Shown here piece by piece: positions 49,283 through 61,463 of a DNA stretch of 64,000 nucleotides (positions within the stretch are counted from its first letter, which is position 1; each line of letters starts with the position of its first letter). The translations under genes and the position numbers were made by a program. This DNA is from Bilabrum cf. latius (lineage: Eukaryota), in the NCBI GenBank assembly GCA_965178125.1, contig OZ237739.1, positions 1,364,001 through 1,428,000 on the forward strand, in the 5' to 3' direction. The notes under the pieces were generated by a model. It saw only the letters and a list, made by a program, of their open reading frames with translations, searched no databases and had not been told where the DNA came from.

Positions 49283-49877
49283 GCAGGCTGGGGAGTAGCG
49301 TGGAGGGAGACTTGTTGCTGAGCTGTGTGTTGCGGTGGAGCTGCTCACCGGCACTGCCGTTCTAGTCGATATTATATTCCACTCTCTTATAGGGCACTTT
49401 AAGGGGTATGTCATGTCTTAAAGCACAGTATCGATGCAGACACAGTGCATTGCAACATCAATACCACTATTTTGATCGCAGAATTCTGTCACAGGGACAC
49501 AGTATGTCTAGAGAGCATGATTGAACGAACGATACTTGATTTTCTTTTCGAGCAATCATCGATCCACGGATTGAGAACGTGTCTGCGGAAACTGCATCGC
49601 ACTGCTGCTTGTGGTGCCTGTGGCCAAAACAGGTCTAGCAAACATACAGAACAAATTTTACGAACTTGTAACAAAATCGTGTAAGTTTATGTAATGATTA
49701 TTCCAGGACTTGACCTATCATGAAAAGTAGCCAGAAACGGGAGCTTGCAAGGCAAACTTCGATCAAGCCACTTTCCTGGCGAGAGTGGAGATCAGAGATT
49801 CTCCATGTTTCTTTGGTCATCACTGAGCCCATCGCAGGCAAATAGCCAACCTCATTGCTCTTTAAGACATTGCTAAG

Positions 49878-50070
49878 TGCATCAAATACGACTGCGCAAC
49901 CCGCACGGCCGGAAGTAGTGCTGCAAAAACGGGTAGAAGTGCACGAGCAGCAAGTGTCGATCCATACGACTGCACCCCAAACCTCGCGGTGCATATTCAA
50001 TGGGGTCTGTCGTCGGGCATGAGCAGCCATGCATGTTTGGTGGACCGGGCGGGGCATCCCCCCCGGGCAG
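49878..50070 (+). pseudogene. Degenerate copy of the array's zinc-finger module at the 5' end of the E2 gene
   Basis: CIKYDC, a frameshift, then PHGRK(TAG)CCKNG(TAG)KCTSSKCRSIRLHPK...GHEQPCMF...SPPGR. This aligns with the array's CINYNC...PAGRKQLCHYGHDCTSSKCKAMRLHPK...GHAKPCKF...HPPGR. Confidence 0.7.
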
Positions 50071-52758
50071 GTTGCCTGGATCTGAAGATACGGACGTTGT
50101 CAGGAGGCTGTAGGTAGTCGTCTCCGCGGGCGTCGATGAGGCCAGACGGGGTGGCGCACTGGACACGGTGCCAGGCCCATGTGCCTTGCCCGCTCACTAG
50201 TGGTGGTCTTTCATCCAACTCGCCCGAGTCTTCGCCGCGGTTCCCGGATTTGATGCCTGCTTTCTGGCTGATAAAACCTGCCAAGGGCTCATTCGTGATG
50301 CAGTCGCCGGCACGTCGGCGGCAGTACGGCCGGGAGCAGTAGCAGGGGGCAAGGCTCCATCTGGCAAGGCTGCAGCAGAATCACTTGCGGCGGGCAAGCC
50401 ACCACAGTTTCTCACTGGACCAGCGGACGCGCTGCTTCCACCGGTACTGCGAGCTTTGGTATCCATGTCAAGGAATGGCAAATGCGTCTCCACTGCTGCT
50501 GCTGCCTGCGTAGAAGCGGGAGTCCTGGACGGCATACTGTTGTTGCTGAGCAAAGCGCAAGACGTCAAGCCCAGAGATCCCGTCCGACTGGCACAAGTGC
50601 AAGACAAGGATGCCCTTGAGGCACAGAGATTGATTGAGTTGAAGCAAGAGGAGGCCAAGCGGCTAGCCAGGGCAGCGGCAAGCAAGGGCGAGGGCGAGGG
50701 CGGGCCGTGGGCCAAGGGCACAGGGTATGGATACGATGGTGATGATGGTGGAGCCGACCTAGAGATCAATGAAGCCGCCAAAGAGCGGCAGCGGATGCGC
50801 CGCGAGCTATCTGCGACTGCGTTTGAGGCTGCCAGCGCGCTCTTGCACGCAAGTAAGCCAGAAGAGGGCAAGGCGGTGCCCAATTAGATCTGCGGGTCGC
50901 TGCTCCGCTCCCTGCAGGCGTCTTGTGTCCCAAAGCTGATCCGGGCTATGAGTCATCAGGGTGAGCCGGACATCAGGGAGGAGCCGGCTGTGTTTAGGGG
51001 CATGGCGCACCTCGTGCAGGCGCTCGCTGGGTGCCGGGGCTGCGCCGCTGCTCTCGAGCCAATGGACGCAATCTACACCGAGGACAAAGGGGAGAAGTTG
51101 GACGATGCGGCAACTGGCGGCACAGATGCCCTTGCAAGCAGCTCTCGCGCAGTGATTGCAGACGCAGAGGAGGGCATCTTGGCCTCCATGAAGCGGCTAG
51201 CTAGGACATGCAAGCAGGCCCTGGAGATGATCGACCTGGAAGACGAGTCGGCAGCTGCCGTCGCAGCCGGAGCACCCGAAGAGGCGGCTGCAGCTGGGGG
51301 TAAGAGCAAGGCAGTGGCTGCTGACCCGGGTGACAAGAGCAAGGCAGTGGCTGCTTGTCCAGGTGACAAGAGCAAGGCAGTGGCTGCTGACCCGGGTGAC
51401 AAGAGCAAGGCAGTGGCTGCTGACCCGGGTGACAAGAGCAAGGCAGTGGCTGCTTGTCCAGGCCTCAAAAGCCGACAGCCACGAGAGGTTGCAGTCATGC
51501 GATCGATCATGTCGACCGCGGATCGTGTGGAGGAGGCTGTCAAGCAGCACAGGGAGTAGCTAGCGATGAAGCAGAAGCTGCCAGCGGGAGGAGTGCCTCG
51601 CTTGTGCTCGCCTGCCTCTGGTGCCGGCGCCCCCGCTGCTGCCCCCTGTCCCGGTGCCGCCATGAAGGCCCTGAAGAAGCTGTACGCAGAGAGGATGGCA
51701 GACCTGAGCCTGTGCAGCAGCATGAAGGGGCTTGCGGGATCAGGGCACAAGTACACTGCCACCATGCAGTCGCAGGGCGAGTACAAGCCAAGCGTTGCGC
51801 AGCGCGTCCTGACCGAGGTGCGGGGGATGCGAAGCGGCCTGCCAAACTCGTGGGCCTCCAGCATCGTGGTGCGGTACGACAAGCGCAGGCCGTACGTCAT
51901 GCGGGCCTTCATCGGCGGGGTGGAGGACACACCATATGACAGCGCTGCCCTCGTGTTCGACATTTTGGCCAAGAAGGACTACCCTGCGAGACCACCAGAG
52001 TGCAACGTGGTGAGCACGCATGGCGGCAGGATGCGGCTGAACCCCAAGTGAGTCTAGTAGACAGAGCCAAGCGGGCCCGCTTTAATCCCATGCACTGCTC
52101 TGCCGCACTGCCAACTCACCTTCCGAATTCTTTTCTTTGTACTGACCATAAGATGGTGCCCTTACTTGCCCTTGCACCGCACGCTCGCAGCTTGTACGCC
52201 GACGGCAAGGTGTGCCTGTCATTGCTTGGGACCTGGGCCGGGGGCGGCAAGGCTGAGGGATGGACCAAGCAGTCCACCATGCAGCAAGTCCTGGTGAGCA
52301 TCCAGGGTCTCATCCTCGTCCCCGAGCCAGCTTTCAACGAGCCCAGCGTGGAGCAGTCCCGAGGCACGCCTAGCGGAGACCGAATCAACCGGTATGAGGA
52401 CAATGGAGGGTACGAGCACATCCGCGAGAGGTCCATCCAGTGCGGCATGATCGACATGCTGCAGAAGCCGTACAAGGGCTTCGAGGACGTCATCAAGGCG
52501 CACTTTCAGATCAAGGGGCCATACATCCTTCAATCGATCGACAAGTGGATCGAGGAGGCCAAGACGTCCACCAACAAGAGCCACCGGGAGACTCTCGTCC
52601 GCATGAGGGGAGAGGTCAAGGCCGAGCTCGACAAGATCGGCATTGACCCTGAGGCCGGGCGATTGTGGGCAGCCTACACAGGAGAGGGGAAGAAGGAGGA
52701 ATCCGGGGCGGGTCCCGCGCGGGGAGGGGCAGTGGACGGAGAAAAGAAAGGGGGCTGA
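50000..52758 (+). CDS. BIRC6/Bruce-type ubiquitin-conjugating (E2) domain protein
   Basis: Exons ~50000-52047 and 52191-52758. WAKGTGYG, DTPY, YP..PP, RLNPN|LYADGKVCLSLLGTW, QVLVSIQGLILV.EP.FNEP. TAGs at 50111, 50198, 50885 and 51557, ending at TGA. The start is uncertain (frame open from ~49877). Confidence 0.85.
51302..51463 (+). repeat. 33-bp coding minisatellite x5 (KSKAVAA[D/C]PGD)
   Basis: Units at 51302, 51335, 51368, 51401 and 51434. Confidence 0.95.
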
Positions 52759-52959
52759 GTGGCCAAATGCGTATATTGCAGCGAAGAGTGCTTGCAGGTG
52801 CCAAAGCAATGTCTTCAGTGTTACAAACCCCTAGATCTATAGCATGAGCGCAGCAAGAACGTCACTTTGTGGTGTTGCTGATGAAAGTGATCCACTGCGG
52901 AAACTGCACTGCATTGCCCTTCCTGCAATCATCGGGCTTATTTTAGTTCAGTCTCTATC

Positions 52960-54023
52960 ATGCCACGCATTGCAACTGCTCATCTTCGGGGCTCTCGGAT
53001 TTATGGTTGTTGTAATTGTGGGTGCCACTTGGCAAGACATGACGACATGTGAGGCATCTCAAGGATTTCTGGCAGAGTGACCAATCATTGCTTTGGAGCG
53101 TTTCCGCATGCAGCCCTGACAATCTTCCCTCTCAGTGTCAGCAAAGAGTTCCATGGAGGCCGCGGAAGAGCATATTTATTTGATAGGGTGTAAGATGTAC
53201 TGCGTTTACTGTCTCCTAACACGCGAATCGAGCTATACGAAGTAACAGCTAGAAGTCGCAAATCTTTCCTTTACTCTTGCGCAGCGTAAATGTTAGTCCG
53301 GGGCGATCTGTTAAACGGCCTCTTATGACTGGAATGCACGTGGTTTCTGATCTTGCTTGCGATTGCTGCGGTGCACCTGTAGGCTGGATGTACCACGCTG
53401 CCGCCCGATCGCGGGAGCAATACAAGATCTCGCGCGCCGTTCTGGAGCGATGCTGGCTTCGCAGGGTCGATGGAGCCCCACCCATCCATCTAGCAGCAGT
53501 TGAACTCGGCGGCTCCGGCAGGACAGGTGCGGGAGGGCCGAGTGCTGCATTTGCAGCGGCAGGCAGCGATGGGCACGGCCGCCCGGCGTGGGGCGCGCCC
53601 CTGCGACCGACCGTGCCATCGTCCGCCGGCACTGTAGACGTTTCTCCTACCGATCACGGCGGCATAGTTTCTTCTGGTTCTGGTTCAAGAGTCCTCGGAG
53701 CAACTGGAGGCTGGGCTGGATCGCCGCCTGCCGATGGCGGCAGTGGAGCTGCTAGTTGGCATCATGCGAGCAGTGAAGGTGCACATGCTGCCACTGGTGG
53801 CGATCACGCCAGTGCCAGTGCCAGTGCCAGTGCCAGTGACGCAGGTCGGCCTGCTTCAGCGGTCTGGGACGCAGAAGCAGTGCTTCGTGAGGTGGACCCT
53901 CGGTTTAGAGACGCCGGAGAAGGAGAAGGAGAAGGAGAAGGAGGAGCGGAGCATGCGGGTGGCGGGGGGGCTCCGATCGAGGCGCCGGATGACGGGGCGA
54001 TTGCGTGGATGTTTGGGGAATGA
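52960..54023 (+). CDS. YPEL: Yippee-like zinc-binding protein with low-complexity C-terminal extension
   Basis: Exons 52960-53048, 53136-53189, 53285-54023. IYGCCNCGCHLA.HDDIVSKEFHG..GRAYLF, LMTGMHVVSDL.C..C...VGW.Y, QYK, then TGA. Confidence 0.9.
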
Positions 54024-54111
54024 TATGAGTCCACTGATGAGTGTGATGCACGGGACTGTTTGCGTACCGCATATGGGAATCGTCACGCCATGCCAAAGCA
54101 GCAGGTTGGAC

Positions 54112-54173
54112 TGCCACGGTTGGGGGGGCGGTTTGGCCTGATCAATGCCACGGTTGGGGGGCGGTTTGGCCTG
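54112..54173. repeat. ~28-bp tandem duplication TGCCACGGTT(G)6-7CGGTTTGGCCTG
   Basis: Two copies (54112, 54146) between the convergent YPEL and ESF2 3' ends. Confidence 0.85.
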
Positions 54174-54226
54174 TTTAATGCACATGCACCACTCCGGATC
54201 AGGCTGCTGTTGTGTTTCAATTCGAT

Positions 54227-55423
54227 TCATGGCTGCATCGGCGCGCTCCCGCCCTTGTCTTTCTTTCCCTTTTTTGCTTTCTTCTTCTTCTTCTGTTTCT
54301 TGGCCTGTTTCTTCGCTCCCTTGTCCAAATCGGCCATCGCTCCAGAGAGAACGAATCGGCTGTCAGATGCGGCCGCCTGCCCCGATCCGGACCTACCACT
54401 GCTAGCCGCGCCCTTCTTTTTGCCTTCCTATTTCTGCTTCCCGCTGCCCTTGCCCTTCGCTCCCGCCTGTTTCGAGCCTGCGTCTGCCTCTGCCTCTGCC
54501 TCTGGCCTTGGCCTCTTCTTGCCCAGTGCGGCTTCTCCTCCCTCTCCACCCCGAGACGAGCCAGACGAGTCGCCAGCTCGGCCCCCGCTACCGCCTACTG
54601 CAGCGCTACTGCTGCCGCTGCTGCTGCTGCTGCCGAAGCCCCCGGCGACGCCCTCGCTTACCACGGGCAGCTGCTTGAAGTGCCGCCGCACCACGGCACG
54701 CTCGGCTGCGACGGATGGCGCCACCGCTCCTCGCTCCAACACGTCTCTCGCAGATATCTCTCCCGATCTGACGGCCTCCACCGTCTTGCGCTCTTCCACC
54801 CGGTGCAGCGTCCTGGACTTGTCGAGCTGCTGCCTGTATGCTTCCGTGTCGCGCTTCGCCTATGAAAGCTCCGCACGGAGCCGTTCCGAGCGCAGGCGCT
54901 TCTCAAATCGCTGCTTCAGTAGGAGGTGCTGCCACTTGAACCTTGGTAGGTACTTGAGGTTCCACAGGTCGGCGGCGAAATGGCTGCGCTGCGAGCCCTT
55001 GCCGGTAACCATGGGTTGGCTATTGAGCATCGCAGCTACCTCTCTCGCGTCCTTTTTGTTCATAAACTCTATCCACCCCTGAGAGTAGCGCAGTTTTTTG
55101 TTGCCGCCTTGAGCAACCCTGTGCAACCGGGCACCCTCTTCTTCGGCGGCAAGGTACACGCGCCCGATCTCTGCGTGGTCCTCCAGCAGCTGCCTGATTC
55201 TTTCCGGGCGCATTCCGGGTGGGACTCTGCTCATATAACATACGCCCCGTCGGCTCTGCTCCGTCTGAAACTTGCCAAGGGCTTCAGTGCTCAGAAGGTC
55301 AGGTGCAACTGCACCGTCGCTGCCCGAGCTCTTCCCAGAGTCGCTCTCATCGCCCGAACTGGACAACTCTGCAGCTAATTGCTCAATTTCCTTTGCCTTC
55401 GACGCAATCGATACCTTTGACAT
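54227..55423 (-). CDS. ESF2: Pre-rRNA processing protein ESF2/ABT1
   Basis: GVCYMSRVPPGM, YSQGWIEF, DLWNLKYLPRFKW, RAELS(TAG 54860)AKRD. Second TAG at 54428, Lys-rich tail, TGA 54227. Confidence 0.93.
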
Positions 55424-55894
55424 GCCACGGGTAGGCAGAAAGTGGTATCATCTTGAGGCCGTGCCGCCGGGGAAGTTGCGCTCGTCATCGCCGGCGGCGG
55501 CTGCGGTGCCAGTGGTGCGGCGCGACCTTGCCGGCGGCCTGTTCAAGTTTGCACGGACGACAGATGGGATCGGGCAGGCGAGGCTGCACCGCAGTGAGTA
55601 TATGTGTCTTCCACATAATTCAAATCTCTTCAATGCAAGACTGCGCTGATCGCAGGCACACAATCGGCGGCAGGTGATTCGCGGCACAGCCGGGCGAAGC
55701 CAACGGAGCCACACACGAGCACACAAAAAACACCTCAACTGGACCCAGATACGAGCCTCAAAAGCCAATCATGACCCACGCCGCACATCCACCCAGGCTG
55801 CCACTGCCCTTCAAAGCTGGCCCGTTGCGACCACCCGCCCAATCCACGGTGCGACCGCGAGCCGGGGCACAGCCGGCACCTATTGCTCGCTCGC

Positions 55895-56847
55895 TCATTC
55901 CTCTCGCCTCCATCCCAGAACACTGGCGGCGACGGCGATGGCGGCAGTGGCAGCGGCGGCAACCCCCGCTGTTCGGAAGGATGAGCTGCAGTCGGGTGCA
56001 GTCTTCGGGAGCACGTAGTCGCCGGTGCGGCTCAGCTGGCGGGTGGGCAGGCAGGCCGATTTGGCGGCGGCGGCGGTGCTGTGGCGATCGCTCATGCGGA
56101 ACGCAAGGCGCGAGGACCCCGAAACCTTCGCAGCCGTGACACATACGTACCTCCCGGAGTACGAGGTGCCAGTCATGGTCTCGCCCCGCACCCTCCCGAT
56201 GATGTAGGCCGCGCTCGTGAACCCGGTCACCCGCCCCCCGTTGTACATGTCCGTGATGCTCATGGAGAGCTGCTGCTCGATCAGCCGGACGTTGTTCTGA
56301 GTTCTAGACACGGTGTGGTTCCACTTGGGGAAGGGGTTTGCGATCACGCACCTGCGAACCGGACGGAAGCACCGACGAACAGTGGAGAGCAAGGGTGGAC
56401 TTTGCGGCTTGCAATGGCATCTACGACTCTCCAAGGCCTGCAAACACGGAATCAAGGGTACATCCAACAAACTTACAAATCAGTTACAGTCCTTCCCTGC
56501 GATCCGCTGGTGGAGGTCATGCCGTACCGCCCCTTGAGCGAAAAAAAGTTGGTCGAAATGCGCTGGGTAGGTCCGTCAGTGCTTGAGCCATCGTCGTCCG
56601 CCCGAGTGTCATCGTCCACCGCGCGAGCATCATCAGTTCGGCTGCGGTCATCATCGCCTGCTCCGGCGTCGTCAGTGCCGCCAGAAGCATCGTCGCCCGT
56701 GGTATCATCGCCAGAGGTGTCATCGCTACCACCGTCGTCGCTCAACTCGCGGCGAAAGGTTACGCCGGCTGCGTTGTTGTCTACCATAGCCTCAGCTGAA
56801 ACGGAAGCAACGGCAATCGCGGCAAGTACACTCAGGACAGACATCAT
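55895..56847 (-). CDS. Hypothetical secreted / possibly GPI-anchored protein with Asp-Gly-rich repeats
   Basis: Signal-peptide-like MMSVLSVLAAIAVASVSA, DD-rich repeats, frame-preserving GT-AG intron 56476-56352, hydrophobic C-terminus, TGA. Confidence 0.65.
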
Positions 56848-57227
56848 GTTTGCTAGAGAAATGAATAGGGGGTAGCTGGCGCGAGACCCTTGGCCGGTTC
56901 CGCAAGGCGCCGCGCGCGCAGTGCTGACGAATGCTTTCCAGCCACATACACTCTCGAGTCGACAGACGTGGGCACTACACACAAATTGTCGGTAGCATGA
57001 TGCTTGGACGTATACTCGCGGCAACTGGCAGTTCATCCGCTTCGGCTCGGTGCTTGGACATCTTCTTGCAGTCAACTTGTCCACGCTGTAACACTACTTT
57101 GCAGACTCTGCCGCCGAGGCATCAAATGTCGGTACCCCCCCGTCCCTCTCCCTCTCGCTCTCCCGTTTCATTCAAGCCGCGGCATCGCCGCCGCTCCTCC
57201 TCCTCCTCATCCCCATCCTCATCCTCT

Positions 57228-60200
57228 TCATTCACGGACGGCGGCCAGCGCAGATGCTACCTCCCGCAGCAGCCCCTCCGCCGACAGCCTCGGGTCCGTG
57301 CCCTTGACAAACGCGAGCCCCACGTCACCAGCCACCTTGCACTGCATCAGCTCCCGCCGCCGAGCCAGCAGCGTCCCGGCCGCGGCAAGGACGAGCGGCT
57401 GCAAGGAGTTGAGAGCGAGCACACGGTCCCAGAGGGCGAGCACCTGCCTCGGGGCGAGCACGTTGGAGAGCGCGCCCCGGAGCATGGGCATGAGGCATCG
57501 GATCGGATCAGCTCCGATCGACGCCAGGTGTGACCCCAACTCGGGGTCACACAGGGCCAGCACCGCCTCGGACTCGGCCAGGAGGGGCAGCAGCGTGTCG
57601 GGGGCGGATGACACGGCCTGCAGGCGGCACCAGAAGCGCTAGTAGAGGGCGCGGTGCAGCGCCCACGCAGTCTCCTCCCTGGAGCAGACAAGGACGAGGG
57701 GTGCCAGCAGCTGCCCGGTGGGCCCACTTGGCACCACACCGCTGGGGCTGGCCGTGGGCACCGGCCACGGGCCGTCGGGTCCTGCCGGCAGCCGCGTCGG
57801 GCAGCCCGTGGGCCGCACCGTGCACGACTGGGGCAGGGAAGCGTCTCTGTGGAAGGCGACGCTCAGCCTGCTCACCGCATCCACGAATGGAAAGTAGTGC
57901 GCCGAATCGCAGGCCCGCTCCCCCTCGAGTGCAGCAGCCACGTCCGTCAGCAACCGGATGCCAGGGGGCAGGGGCTGGGCGGTGCCCTCAGCAGAGGAGG
58001 GGGCACCGGCAGTTGATGCACCAGCCCCTGCTGTTGCCACCGCTGCCCCATCCAGCACGCGCACGATGCCCCCGGGGGTCACCGCTAGAGCCAGCGCCGC
58101 CTTGGTCGCAAGCACCGCGCTCTCCTGCCCCGAGGGACCCTAGCCCGACCTGCCCGCCTCCTTGACCGCGCTGCGCACCACCCCCACGTGCACCTTGAGG
58201 CCCTGCGAGCAGGCCTTGCCGAACGTGCGGGCGCGGGAGGCTCGAGCTGCCGCCGCCGCCGCCGCCGCCGCCCTGCCCTCCGCCTCCCTCCTGTCCTGCT
58301 CCGCGAACGGATCGGCTGCCGCTGCTCCGGCCACTCCGCCCAGAGCTCCTGCACCAGCGCCCCCGTCCTCGAGAAAGCCGTCCTCCTCGCCATCATCCTC
58401 GTCCTCCTCGTTGGTATCAAAGACGCCCAGTTCCTCCGCATCGATGGCCAGTTGCCCGTCCCCAGCCAGCACGCCGTCGCTGCCCTCGTCCTTCTCCTTC
58501 TCCTTGCTTTCCTCCTCCTCCTCATCATCGTCCTCCTCATCGTCCTCATCCTCCACCTCTTCGCCCTCTGCCGCCTGCTTGGGCAGAGCCGCTGCCGCGT
58601 CTCCCTTGAGCAGACCGAGGGCAGACACGGGGGCCCGGACCCCGCTGCCCTTGAAGAGCCTCGCATCCGCTGCCTCCGTCTCCTCCGCTGCCCGGGCCAC
58701 CTCCACTGGCACGTCGTCGTCCCCGCGGGTAGTGCGCGGCAGCAGCCGGTACGACAGCTGGATCCCCGTCTTGGACGCGCGCAGGGGCACCCTGGCCTCC
58801 CGCAAGAGGGCGAGGTACGCCCTTCTCGCCGCCGTGCGCCAGGCCCCGTCCTCAGCCCGGGACGCAGCACGAGCCTCCGCGCTCGTCACATCACCGGCCT
58901 CCATCTCCTCCGGCACCGGTTCATCCGGCACGGGCACGCCTGCCGCCTCAGCCGCCGCCTCGGCAGCAGCCCCAGCCAGCGCCCACTCGAGTCGCACCCC
59001 CAGAGCGTCCAGCCACAGGGAACAGCGGTCCTGATCGGAGGCGCCCGCTCGGAGCTGTCGCAGCGCGCCCGCAACTGGCCCCTCCCCCTCCTCCTCGTCT
59101 TCCCCCACCACCTGGCTAGCTCTCTCTGAAGGGCCAGCAGCAGCAGCAGCAGAAGCAGCGCCCCCGTCCCCGCCGGCCTCGGCCAGCGCGGCGGCCTTGC
59201 ACTCGGATTCGAACCCGCGCGTTGCAATCGCCAGCTCCTTCCTCTCCGCCCCTAGCCTGCCCTGCGCAGCGGCATCCGCTGCAGTCTTCTTGCTCCTGGC
59301 CTGCCTCGGGGTGAGCGCCCTCGGAGTCGTTGTTCCCTGGCTCGAGGAGGAAGCAGGCCTGCCCTTGCTCGGGGAGCGATGGTCCACGGGCTCCCCCCCG
59401 AAGTCGTCGTCGTCGTAACCCATCCACGCCCCGGGGGCCTCCAGCGCGGCGGTGCGGGCCCGCGCCGATATTCCGTGTGACGAGTGCCCCGGCTCCAGCA
59501 GCCACCCGGCCTCGAAGCGCCTGCTGGCGGTCCCCGGGGCCGAGGGCAGAGCGCCCATGGATGCCAGCCGGGCGAGGAGCCGGGCCCGGCGGGGGCGGGT
59601 GGCGGCGCCCAGGGGTAGCCGGATCCGCCTCCAATCCTCGATCGGAGCCGCGGCAAATGCCTCGCCAGCGCCGCTCCCCGCCGAGCCCCCGGCCTCGCCC
59701 GCGGGGATGGACACCGCTGCCTCGCTGCGGCCCCTGTCCTCGGCAGCAGCGGTGATGATGCCCACTTCCGCGCCCGCATCGCTGGCATCAGCTCCCCCCA
59801 ATCGAACCGCCGCCCCCGCCCCCGCGGCCTCCAGCACGGCCTCCAGCACCGCCTCCTCGCCCACGAGGCAGGCCTTCTGCAGCTCCAGCGGGAACTCCGA
59901 GAGCCGCTTGCCCGGCTGTGACTGGCGGGGGTCCGGGCCCGCGGGCAGCGGCCTGGTGCTGTCAGTCGGGGAGATATCGGTAGCATCAACCGCGGCCCCG
60001 AGCTCCCTGGTTACGCTGCCAGGGCCCATCCCGACGGCGGCGCGCGGGCGGGCAGCCACGCCCAGCCGGATGGGATCCAGCTCCTCCTCCGGAGGCCGCG
60101 CCATGACGGCGCGCTTGTGGCCGTAAGACCTAGCGACCTCGGCAACCGCTCCATAGTCGATGTCGCTGCAGTGGTAGAACTTGTCCCCGGGCTGCCAGCC

Positions 60201-60602
60201 CGTCGGCATTCCTACCTACAGCGACGTCTGCAGCACGTTCCGTTCGCATACTCGCTGCAGCGCCGCAGCACTCGCTCGCACGCTCGGAATTGGTTCGTTC
60301 GCTACTGCGTCACTCGAAGCCGGGAATATTCCATCTGTTCCTGCGGATCCAAGCACACAAGCGGGTGCCGATGCTGTGCCTGGGTTTCCTTCAGCCGCAA
60401 ATCGAAAGCCTGGGTGGAGCTGAAGCTGCATAGAGGCGATGAGTGCGCCATCATTTTGCTGTACTGAAGATATTGCATCGCTGGGGTCCGAACCACCGTT
60501 AGTCTTGAGAGCATCTTGCAAAACTGCCGCGGGCAGCTCGGCCGCATGTGCAACGAGCGGGTGCTGACCGATGGTATCCAGGAGGCGACTTCGGGTTTCC
60601 AT
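57228..60602 (-). CDS. TBC (Rab-GAP) domain protein, TBC1D19-like
   Basis: One frame via TAGs at 60216, 58140 and 57639. DSAHYFPFVD, GVVP...LAPL, LY*RFWCRL, QVLALWDRVL..NSL..LVLAAA, then TGA. Confidence 0.8.
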
Positions 60603-61463
60603 TGCTACGGATCGTGTAATAGAAGAAAAGTGCGCCCGATAGCGCGGTGATCAAAACCAGATGCGGCGGCGCAGTGCTGCGAACGAGCCCGCTTTGTGTA
60701 GGGGCGCCTCGCCGTGACGATTGCCGAGTGGTGGTTGACAGCATTCAACATGTCGGCTCGAAACGCCTGCTGCGGGCACACACATCGCACAGAATTGCAG
60801 TCAAGGATGCTTTCATATACCAGACTCGCTCAATGAGCCAGCTCTCGGCCCTCATGGCGAATGAGAGCCACCGTGACGGACGGTACACGCGTAGTCCACG
60901 AGATTAGAGTCGGCCCCCGCCTCGTCGCCATGACAGTGACCGCGCGGCAGCACTCTCCCAACCCCAATCAGCACGAAATGGCGGCCTGCTGGAGCAAGTG
61001 CCAGGAAGCACGCACGCCGCTCCGCCCAACTGCCCAGCAGGGGCCTGGCCGATACACGAATCAGATGCGTGCTCTGTCGTGCCCTGTCGTGCCCGCCTTG
61101 CGATAGACCGCGGCAATGGGGCGCTCGCCCTGCCGCCGCTGCGTGCACTGCATTGCGCTTCAAGCTACCCGTTCATCAAAATTCCCCCAATAGCTTGTCT
61201 GCCTCAATGCACGCCAAGGCCAAGGCCAAGCGGTGGGACGATCCGTGCCCAGGTGTTTCAACGTGACCACAAGACTAACACGTCGAGTGCCAAGCCCACG
61301 GGCACGGCTGTGGACGCACTCCGTAAGGCACTGTCGGTAGCATAACGTGCTGCATGTGTCCCCCACACTCCCCGTAGCTGTCACTGGCAGCTCCAGGTGT
61401 CGCGCACTACTCCTAGTTGTTTAGAAGTAGTAGTGCTAGCAGCGGCAGCCCCGCTCCATCCCA

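Larger units (their letters stand above)
38786..49294 (+). repeat. Tandem array of five ~2.14-kb near-identical gene-containing units
   Basis: Units start at GCAAGAACGGCGGG at 38786, 40928, 43070, 45224 and 47357. Intergenic DNA is also nearly identical. The fifth unit diverges just after its stop codon. Confidence 0.97.

Noticed and set aside
38786-49294. Diversity-generating retroelement, transposon or CRISPR-like array
   Set aside because: There is no reverse transcriptase or transposase, no terminal repeats or spacers, and the differences are not adenine-specific. It is a simple tandem gene array.
882-60126. Many long antisense or alternative-frame ORFs (e.g. 882-2339, 16408-17946, 31004-32635)
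   Set aside because: These are shadow ORFs expected at high GC. They overlap well-supported genes and lack motifs.
60603-61463. Possible small gene between the TBC gene and TRM112
   Set aside because: No recognisable motif or convincing frame, even with TAG readthrough.
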